Below are positions 28,131-38,400 of a DNA stretch of 64,000 bases, one piece after another. Within the stretch, counting starts at the first letter, position 1, and the number at the start of each line of letters is the position of its first letter. The stretch spans positions 58,716,001-58,780,000 of the forward strand of contig NC_087436.1 in assembly GCF_036321535.1 (NCBI RefSeq), in the 5' to 3' direction. The stretch comes from Camelus dromedarius. Its lineage: Eukaryota. Under the pieces are notes generated by a model. It was not told the origin of the DNA, searched no databases, and worked only from the letters and a program-made list of their open reading frames with translations. A program made the translations under genes and the position numbers.

Positions 28131-29089
28131 ATGAGTATTCTGGGTGATGGTTAGAGGGCTAAGCAGTGGATAGTCATAAGCAGTGAGCTCACATAGTAGT
28201 ATGATCAGCTACCAGAAAAAAACTCCTTTTTCTCCCTCAACTCTTTCCATTTCCTCATCTCTTAGCCATTCATTTGTATTCTGTAGGCAAATCTGATTGT
28301 TAAGTGGGAACCATCTGTTTGGCAGAAAATCTCTATCAATGGCAAAATCCCTCAGAATCCCTATGAAATTTTTTTCTACTAAGTAAAGCAGAAAAAAAAA
28401 AAAAAGGTAAGATTTCACATAGGAGAATAAATTTTTGTTAATAACATTTAATTTTGATAATATATGGCTTGATATTCTCTATTAAGGTCAATTTTAAAAT
28501 TATTAATCAGTGAATTATCAACAGCTGGGAAGTAAATAAAGCTTTGCAATAAGTAGGGAAATATTTACATATTTTATGCAGATAAAGTAGAGATAGCTAT
28601 TTTATTCAGATAAAGTAGAGATAACTACGGACTTGTTTCATAAAAATAGGAAGACATTATAGCAAGCACCACTTACAGGAACTATTGGTTGAAATGGGTT
28701 CTTTAGACCAGGATTAAGCATCCTCTTAATCTGTAATGGTCCCTTAATTTTGCCTTTGCTTAAATTGCCTTTAGTAGTCATTATATCATCCTTCTTACTT
28801 ACCAAAAGTAGGCTTCTCATAGCCAGGTATACAATTAGCAAATTCCTTCAAAACTTCCTTAAAATTCATTACTCCTACCAAGAAAAGTAGAATTTTAGGT
28901 CTAAAAAATTTGTTCAGTAGACCCACTTCAAAGAACATTTGTTTAAATTTATTCTTTTATTACATATTCATTTAAAGTTTTGGCCTTGCTTTGGGTTTAA
29001 TCCTAAAATGTATTTCTAGAAATATATATTAGAAAGTAGAAAATAGTCAAGAGTTAAATAAGGAAAGTGACTGAAAAATTTTTAATTGT

Positions 29090-29960
29090 ATCTCTATGAT
29101 TATGTTATTGGAAAAACCTGCTTAAACAAGATGCAAGAAGTACAAATCACAAGAAGAGAAATAAGTAGATTTGATTACAGCAAGATTAGTAATTTCTATG
29201 TAACAAAAGAGGCAATAGATACATTTACCAGATACAAGAATCTCCTGCAAATCAATAAATAAGACAAGAAACTCTCCTTAAAAATGAGTTTATTATATGA
29301 CAGATAATTCATAGACTGGAAAACCAAATAGCTAAGAAGTACTTAGAGATACTCTAAATTAAAGCACCAAGGAAATACCACTTATTGGCTAATAATTAAG
29401 TAATGGATAAAAGCAAGTATTATCAGAGATGTGGAAACTCTAGTGGATGAGACTCTAAAGTAGGCATTAGAGATCTATCTGGCAGCTCTCTTGTTACACT
29501 AAGTGTATGAAGTCCACATTAAGGGTATGAAATCCTTATGTCTACAAAAATTTCACTTCTTGGAAAGTATCTCAGAGATTTCCTCAGATAATATCATGAA
29601 AAGGACACATGAGGACTTCATCACAAGCTCTGCTTGTGGTAGCGGGCAATTGTACACAATCTAATTGCCCATTTCAGGAGGAATACTAAGTAAGGAAGAG
29701 AAGTAAACGACTGGTTAGACAGCCAGCAAAATGACTAAATCATAAAAACATAGCAATGAGTAGGAAAAAGAGAGAAAGAAATAGACAAACTCTATAGCAC
29801 AACAAAATTCATTTAAATTGAAATACATATATATAAAACAATTCTATATGCTTTACATCTGTAATCTGTGCAATAATACAAGTTAAAGAATTTATGATTA
29901 ATACATTAGAGTTATCTTTGTGGGGAATAAGAGAAGGATGGGAAAGAGGAGAGGAGAAAG
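29090..29960 (+). mobile_element. ancient L1ME-like 3' remnant
   Basis: acaaatcacaagaagagaaataagtagatttgattacagcaagattagtaatttctatg and gaatctcctgcaaatcaataa. Confidence 0.62.
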
Positions 29961-32900
29961 GGACAAATAAATATGAGAAGATTTTGTGTGACCAAATGAC
30001 AGCTGCATTTTAGGAAATGAAGGAGATTATTAACTCAACTTTCAGCACCTTAGGCTCAAAGAAAGAAAGAAAGAAAACAAGAAAAGTGAGGTAAATCACT
30101 AGCATGAATACAATATTAATTAAAATGTATATTTCTACCTGGTAATTATTCTATATAGAGTTTTGTTACAATAGTCTTTAGATGTTGCACAGTATGCCAA
30201 AACTGACAATAAAATAAAACAACAGAAATTTTAGAAAATGAAAAATGTTGAAGCTAGTTTGAGACTTTAAAAAGTATACTGGATACTCTTTGGATATCTG
30301 CCCAACTTTCAATGACACTGTTTCTCCGTCATCTGCCACTTCCCGCTACCCCTCCCCTCCACCCCATTTGTCTCATTAACTGGAGTGAGATTCTGGCAGC
30401 CAAACCATACCCCCGCGGGTCAATAGGAATCTATCTCCCATGAATCAGGAATTAGGATCCAGAGACAAGGACAACTTCTATTTATTCAGGAACTTAGGAG
30501 ATTTGATGTGAGGAACGTTTCAAGGGTTATATTCTGACTGACTGCTTGTGCATAGAGAGGCAGTCTCTGCCCAGCAAGAGAAGATGTACAGAGGAGCAGA
30601 GAGAGAAAGTAGGAAAAAAGAGGACTGTTTGATTGCTTGCCCCAGGTGGTGCTGTGACTAATATCTCCCAAATAGTCCTGCCTTCTTCTAATAAGTTTCC
30701 CATTAAAAATATTTCTTAAGCTAGCTTGAGTTGATTTCTATAATTCTCAACCTAATTAGATTTGAGCAAGTATAGCATAGACTTCCAGTACTCACTCACA
30801 TCCTACCTTATTTTCTCCTATCTTGAACTTTTTCATCTCTAACTCTCAAGACAAAAATGTATAGCTCCGGAATCTTGCTTGGGTTCTGGGTCTTACATTT
30901 TCATATGTTTCTGTGGCAGTTTTTTGAAGCACATGGCCATTTATTTAACAGAAGACAAGTCAAAGTTCTTTTTTCAGAGGGAGAAAATAAAAAGTGAGAG
31001 GACTTCTGAAAGTCCAAGTGTAGATTTGGGTTTAAAAAGAGCTAAATCCAAGTGCTGAAATGCTCCCATCAACAAGGTGACATTCTTTTCTGTGGGATCT
31101 ACTTTCTTGTGTTTTGGTTTCTCTCTTTGCAGACTGTAATAGCAAAGACAATTAGAATAACTGCATTATTATATTGTGACACTGAGAAAACATCAGTGAA
31201 AAGTGACTGCCTCTTTCATAATAATTCCAGTGATTCCCAGCGGCCTGGATTGTGTCAAGTAGCTGTTCTTGAACCAGTTATAGTGACTCAGATTGACTTG
31301 TCTCAACACTGAAGCCTCTTCTGTATTCAGGGAGTAGTTGAGGAAAGCTCCATGCAAAACAGATAGACTCCAAAGAGTGGAGAATTAGTTTCTTTAAGGA
31401 AAATCCAAATGTAATACCAAAAAAAAAAAAAAAAAAAAAAAAGGGAGGGGAAAATAGATACCAGACAGACAGAACTATGCTAACTAAATTTATTGTTTCA
31501 ATCTCTCACCTAATACAGTTTTTTAATTTCATGTTGAGGAAAACTTCTTCTCAGCAGAGGAAGAAAACTCAGTTCAAATCTTAAATTTGTAATGAACTGT
31601 ATAAATATACCTCATAAACTGTTCAAAGACTTATCAAATGAGTAGCTTATCAAGGGAAGGAAAATAAAAGAATCATGAGGCATAATACTGGCAGTTCTTA
31701 CTATTTCCAAGAATTATGGGAAAAATCATAAAACCTTGAAAACATTCTATTTTGAACTCTTCAACAGCTACTGTTTTTAATATTGAACGTTTAAATACTC
31801 CGGTAGAGAAAAAAAAGGACTAACTTTTTTTTGTTCCACTGAATAAGGCATTTCAGCTCTAATGTGGTTCATAATTTTAAATATGTATCAGAATCTCCTG
31901 ATCAGTTTTTAACAAAATATACATTTTTGGAGTCCATCTTCACCAGTCTTCAAAGAGTTTTCCGTTACATTTATACTTCATACTGTCAAAAATTTACCCA
32001 AAACTTGAAAGCAAGATAACAAGATTATTGGATTTTTTAAAATTCAGTGCTGACTGAGTTTAATTTCCTATTGTCTGGTCTTTTTTAGAATTGTGCAGGG
32101 ATAGAAGTTAACTTGTAGACTTAAAAAAAAAACATAAAAATGGAAATAATTTCTATTCAATAGAAAAGATAACCCCAAAGATTGAAAAGATTTATGTCAC
32201 TGTTGAACTTGAATCATGTGTATTTTTCTATCATTGCCCCAAAATATCTAGCCTTTCAAATGCTCTTTGGTTTTTACAACTTACTGGTTCTCTCTAGTAA
32301 ATTACATAAGCTTTTGACACATGCCCATTTTATATTTGCATGAGAGTCATGATGATTTTACCTTTCTGAAAATCATGGTTAAAAATAGTTTACTTTGACA
32401 TTTACCCATCACTATTTATTTTACAGGTGTTCACTGACAACTTTACAATTTTATCAGTAGTGTTTTTGTTTAATTTATTTTTAATCAATTGATAAACTAT
32501 ATTCTTTATAATTTTAAGAACAAAAGGAAAATAATATTTCAATATGGTTTTCTTTGTTCCTCTTTAGTATAACAAAGTTTTGGGTTCAACTTGGGACAGT
32601 TAGGCCAGGCACTTTAAAAGGATGTGTGATTTCCTCACACCAGTGAAAACATAAAAATCAAATACTTTGTTGTCTTCAAGTTGTTGCAATAACAAAGTAA
32701 TTAAAGCATTCATTCAAAATTTCTTCTGAAACACTTGAAGAAGAAGATATGGAACGCTGTGTTAACACATTTGTATACTGGTTGTCTATATGTTTACTTC
32801 CATGTGTGTGAAAAAGCTGAATAGAAGAGCAAATATGCCACCTGCACCTCTAGATAAGAGAAATTTTCATTTCCAAAAGAAAAACATTTACATTTGAGTG

Positions 32901-33880
32901 TGTATAAACAAAAGTTATCTTTAATTTTTAAAGCCGTATTACATAGTTGATTTACTATATTCTATATTATTAATCTACTTGCCCTACCTGAGGAACTCTG
33001 TCCTTCCTACAGATAGCTCCCTTATCATAATGTTATTGTCCATTCATAAATAATGTGGTTATACAAAAATACCTGTTGGAATTTTTGAGTGTTTTTAAAA
33101 TTTTCTCTCTGTACTTAACCACTTATATTTTATCCTATTTCCTCTACAACTTTATTTCATATTAGACTGTCTTTATAAGATTTTTTTTTGATACTTTGTT
33201 TGCATTATGTAGCATATTTGGGGAGAATTATACAACTTAATATATATTATATACAAACATATGTACCACACATCATGTGGTAGTGATTCTTACAATCAAA
33301 ATTATAAGGTTGAACCACATCATATATAAATGTAGAAAAATTTCAGATAAAAGTTTTTAGGAAATTGGTCAACTTGTCTGTTGAGTATCTTGATTATTAA
33401 GTTTAGTGCAATTTTTTTTTTAATCTGCAGGATGCTTGAAACATCTTTGTTGAACTGAATCAAATGGAAACACAATATGGTATGAAGAAAAAATATTTTT
33501 CAAGTTCTTGTCCGTAACGTTAGCATATAGAGTATACTACTTGACTTGCTTTTATTTGTAACTATTATGTGATAAGGATAACTCAGATTTAAAAACATTT
33601 TTTGACTCTTTAAATAGACTTATAAGTGTACAAAGAGGGACTAAATGTGTTACCTTTCAGGCTAGTACTCTGGAAGTTTTAAAGGTTTGCATTATTTTAA
33701 TTACTTTCTAATAAATTTAAAGATAAGTTTATTCAATTGCTATTAGATGCTACTCCTTATTAAATGAATCGTGGAACCAAAATTCATAGGTGAATTTTAT
33801 AATTGAATTCAGCCTTTATTTCTTTTTACATTTTTGAAAACATTTTCATCTTCTCTTCACTATTCTTTGTTCTCTCTCTC

Positions 33881-34683
33881 TTTTTTTTTTTTTTTTTTTT
33901 TCTTTTTTGATGGCTGCTTGGAGTTTATTTTCTACTTGGTACAAGGCACAGAGTTATGAGGTGTCAGGAAGGCTCTTGTGTGGCTTGGATAATAAAGAAT
34001 GGGGTTCTCTCAACTTCCTTTTTGGTGTTTTGCTGTTTTAATATTAAAGATCCCAACTGTTTCTGTTGGCTGTAGCCTGCTTAGTCTTGGGGAGGGGAGG
34101 GAAGAGGAGGGGGTCGGATCTTAGGAGCCTAGCGCCTTGGAAGGAAGCCTGGCAGCTGGTGGCAGCCACTCAGGACGGGGGCCCGTTGCTGGTTTTGCCA
34201 GGCTGGCCTCCAGGCTGCTACTTCCCTGAGCCAGGTCACAGGTGATCCTGCTGGTGGAGGTCTGGGGCGATTCCGAGTGCTCTGGGGACTCCAACACTGT
34301 GGCCATGAATGGGAGAGTGGACTTCCTGAAAAAGAAGCTAGCCCATCAGTGTCCCTGGTAGGCTTTTGGAAGACCAGGAGGTGGCGGGGGATGGCTTCCC
34401 CAGGGTACTCCGCACTTCTGCAGCAGCGGTTACTGGTAGTTGAGCCCGGGCGGCGCCGGCAGCAGTGGTGGGCGGCGACGGCAGCAGTGGTGGGCGGCCG
34501 TCAGTGAGCCGCTGGAGGGCACGGCTGCCATGATCTTACCTGTGGGCTGTTAGAAACCTCGGCGGGGACCCCTCGTGGGCCTCGGCGCACAATCACGAGC
34601 GGCGGGGACGGGGACGCTAGGCCACGGAGCCCGTTTGCAGAGGTGACCGCGAGCGACAGCTCCACGACCCAGACGCGCGGGAC
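33881..34683 (-). pseudogene. PPDPF: processed pseudogene of pancreatic progenitor cell differentiation and proliferation factor
   Basis: From the ATG at 34531, the minus strand gives in shifting frames MAAVPSSGSL..RRR, GSTTSN..SAEYPGEAIP, PGLPKAYQGH*WASFFFRKSTLPFMATVLESPEHSE and QPGGQPGKTSNGPPS* (stop at 34170-34172). These match PPDPF as I recall it (MAAIPSSGSL...GHWWASFFFGKSTLPFMATVLES...GPPS). The coding part is intronless, with AATAAA at 33924-33929 and a poly(A) tail at 33881-33908. It is disabled by a 22-nt tandem duplication (34450-34493), further frameshifts and TGG>TGA at 34346-34348. Confidence 0.95.
34381..34683. promoter_or_regulatory. CpG-island-like segment at the retrocopy 5' end
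   Basis: About 33 CpGs counted by eye in 300 bp, within an otherwise CpG-depleted AT-rich window. Promoter activity is not demonstrated. Confidence 0.5.
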
Positions 34684-35239
34684 TTTTTTGTTTTCATTTT
34701 ATTCTTGAGAATGACACGGTCCTAATGCTGCTTAATGTTTAGGATAAAACTTAATGTTTAGCATGTAGGAAATGGTTACTATATATTTTCAAGTACCTCT
34801 TAAATTAAAAAAAGCTAACTCACTTCTGACATTATGCATAAACAGGGCATTAGGGCTCTTTCTTGCCTTTCTCTTTTTTTTATCAGGCTTGATTTGGAAC
34901 AGTTCAACCTGATAAGATGTGGATGGGTTAACTGAACCCTAGAACTGAGATTTGAAGCATACTCTTTTATTATTGCCAGCTTACAGGCATGGATACAACT
35001 GTTAATTTATTAGCACTTTGGTATGTCATAACTCAAAACAAATGTAGTCTAAGGATCTCCTTAAACAAATACTCAAGAAAGGACTTTTCTATTTAGCAGA
35101 ATTTGTATAACCGATATTAATGTGTAGACTAGACAGTCAAACCGCAAACTTTGAATTTTTGCTTGTAATAACAATTTCATCTCTCATCCCGGGTTTCACT
35201 TTACTTTCTCGATTTGAGAAGTCATTTACTATCTTCAAA

Positions 35240-35410
35240 AGTTCCCTGTATGAGATTTATAGTAGAATGTGAGCTTCACAAGAGACCACATTTGTACCTG
35301 TGCTGCTCTAAAATTACCAGCACCTAGAACACCATCACATAAAGGCACTTGACATTTGAATGAGTATTTTCTTTTTAAGTAATTTAACAAATGAACAATG
35401 AATAAAGAAA
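35240..35410 (+). mobile_element. L2 3' end fragment
   Basis: tagaatgtgagcttcacaagag...ccagcacctagaacacc...ggcacttgacatttgaatgag. Confidence 0.7.
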
Positions 35411-38400
35411 TAAGCATATTTTAGTCCAATTATTACAACTATGCTCTGGGCTTTGTAGCAGCAGCATTTCTAAAAGGATAAAAGATACCCTAAACACGCT
35501 TGTTCTATTTCACTAATTTGCCAAAAGTAAGTTCTGAATACATGTATAAAGAGAATGTTGATACAAGAGAAACAAGCAAGAGCTATGTAGAGTGCCAACA
35601 TATTTTCCTATTTATCCCACAGATTTATCAAATATTAAGTCCAAAATGAATTATGCTTTTATTAAAAATTCATAGTATTAGCGTATGTTTTTAAAAACCT
35701 TAAAACCGTGGTGTCAGGCTTGCCTACTCACCTGGTCCCCGCTGGAAGAATTATCAGGTGGTTGCGAAATAGCTGGCTAAGGTAACCATTTTGGTTTTGA
35801 CTGTAACTGATTCATTGAATACAAGAATAATGTTATAGATTCAGAGAGAAATGGGGTCTTCCAGAGGTTTTTCTTTTTTTTTTTTTATGCATTTTCTGAA
35901 GTTTTGGATATCTGTTTTTAGAAGGTACTATTGATTAAATAAAATGTCCTTTATAAAATGAGAAAGTCTTGTTTCTATAATTTATATTTTGTTGTACTTC
36001 TGAGAATAATTTGGTATCAGATTTCTGTTATAAATCACCAACACTTTTTAAAATTGCAAGGCTAGTCTTTGTATTTATTATCCCAAATTCCCATCGTGAT
36101 ATACCCTCAGGCAGGCATATCATTTATTTGTGCGTCGTCTGCATGACAAACAAAGAATGCTGGCTGTATGATATTTAGCCCTTACCAGTTTTTAAAATAT
36201 AAAAATATTATAGTAATGATTTCATATACATGTATCTATATATAATTATATATGTTAAATATATTTCTATATTATTTATATGATGTATAATGACATATGT
36301 ACTGGAATGTATTATGTTGCAAATCAAAGTACCTTTCTTATCATACATTATTTATGCAAAAAAAAAAGACTCCATATGAACAAAAAGGAATGTTACATTT
36401 TTAGTTGAATTCTAAAGCTTATTTTTTACTTTACAACATGTATTTTGCTTAATTAGGTTAAATGACCACATTTATTGTAGGTAGATTTAACCTAAAATAA
36501 TATGACATTGAACATTAGATTTATGGGGCATTTTATACATGAACTTTAAGAGATCAAATAAGCCATAAAGTAAAATACTACATACTTTATTACTTAAGAA
36601 ATTGACCAAGAAGAATGCAAATTGCTTATTGGTGTCGACTGCTGAACTGACAAAAAATTATACAATATGAGTTAGAGGATGATTTCAGGCTATCTAAATA
36701 TAAAAATTTAAGATGGAAATAGAATGCAGGTTTTAAATATGTGATGTTGTGTCTACACAACACATTTTGGCAACTAATGTGTTGATGCATAAGGCCACAG
36801 GCAGCAGTTATCTGACAGCTGGCTTTCCACATTTATCACATAGAAAAACTGCTGATCGTATTTCAGTTTTTCACCTGTACACACAAACACAGGTATTGAT
36901 TGTCATCCATAGCAGCATTTTGGAAAAGATAGGTCACTGATTTCCCCCAAGGAAGGATTTCATTAAAATATTTCTTTTAAACTCCTACTTTCGGACTCTA
37001 TTTTGACATAACTGTCCTATACAGTTTGAATCAAAAGTTCTGTTTTGATATTGTTAGAGTGCCAGCCTTAGTCGGACATACTAATGTAGTTCATACCTTT
37101 CTATGATTGAATAGGAGGGAAAAACATTCTGGAACGCAATAGAATTAGTAAAAGTAATATAGACGTGTAAGTGGTGTACATACAATATACTACTCATGAA
37201 ATTATTAGTCTTTCAACATATATCAGTAACAATATACATGTAAATTCAAGACAAACACAAAAAGTACTAAATAGCAATATAATTGCTACATAAAAATTGA
37301 ATATGAAGAAATGTGAAATATAATGTGGATGTATATGGTTAATCAGCAAAAGAAAGGGTCACGTTGTTAGATTTAAGAGTTCAAATTGGTCTAGGAGATG
37401 TGGCTTGAAGATTTGTAATAGTGGAGAAATTGAGTTGAATCTGGAGGAAATGGTGGTTTGGTTGGTTAGAGAATAGAAGGATGCTATCTCAGAAGACTAG
37501 AAAAATATTGCAACAATCGATGAGCTCTTGGGCACGTGTGCTTGTGCACATACTTAGGGAAGCATGATGGTCTATAGGAATGAGGCAAGACCTCCTTTTT
37601 CCTGGCTTGCTGCAAATAATGGACAAAACCCAGGTGTCAGTAAGAACTTCACTGCATCTAAGTCTAAGTAAATAGAACATGTTTTATATTTTAATTCAAG
37701 GTTGTGAAGAAGACAGATGTTCCAAATGTTTTGAGTATCTGGAGGATAGATTCAGTCCTCTAGGCAATTTTTAGTACAGTTTGTGTGATTCTTAAACATA
37801 TATTCAGTAATAAGAAATGGGAAAAAGAAAGATGTGATAGCAAGATGTTACCCAGAGTACAAGACTACCCTGGTGCTCTTTTTTCTTCCTTTCCTTCCTG
37901 GTCAATAGCTGAGGATATGCAGTGAAAAGGGTAACTGCTTTTATAATCTGACCAGAGATACAGTTAAGTCTGATTCTTCAGACACTTTCTCCATTTTGTA
38001 AAAGTGACACATTCATTCTATTGACCAAAAACTAGGATTTTAGTATCTGAATTACATTTATAAATATTTAAAAATACGTACATAAAAATTTCTGCTGTAA
38101 ATTCAACTTTCATCTCAGTAATCTAGGATTTCACCTGAGAGAAATACTTGGTGTATCAACGTGGCTGTTTGTATATGGGATTTTCTTGGATGTTTCGGGC
38201 CTGAAGTTCATTAGATGGGAAACGTTACTTTACTAGCCAAAACAGACTGACCCACAAAGCATGAACAGCTGGGTTCAAAGCCAAAGGGTATGAAGTTGCT
38301 CAGAGAGGAATGGAAGAAGTAAAAGAGCAAAAGGGGTAATAGTGGGAAGCCTATTAGAACCTGGACAAGACAACTGCTCTTAGGTAAATGATTTTGTTTG

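Noticed and set aside
28570..28625. 28-bp tandem duplication (and a 17-bp one at 26606-26639) as a CRISPR-like or functional array
   Set aside because: Two adjacent copies without spacers; ordinary slippage duplications in mammalian DNA.
30290..31420. Old ERVL/MaLR LTR remnants (also about 6830-7010 and 59560-59960)
   Set aside because: Some LTR-like terminal motifs are visible, but they are too decayed to assign family or boundaries without a search.
33431..33479. Plus-strand exon-like segment (ctgcag|gatgcttg...atg|gtatga)
   Set aside because: It resembles an L2 3'-end remnant and contains stops; no supporting partner exons.
34121..34306. 61-aa ORF MATVLESPEHSE... as a functional retrogene
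   Set aside because: It starts at an internal Met downstream of the conserved motifs and frameshifts away from PPDPF before the C-terminus.
34277..34507. 76-aa plus-strand ORF
   Set aside because: Antisense shadow ORF of the GC-rich retrocopy, with a non-ATG start.
33820..34700. TSD around the PPDPF retrocopy
   Set aside because: Only low-complexity T-rich similarity (tttctttttacatttt versus tttttgttttcatttt); not convincing.
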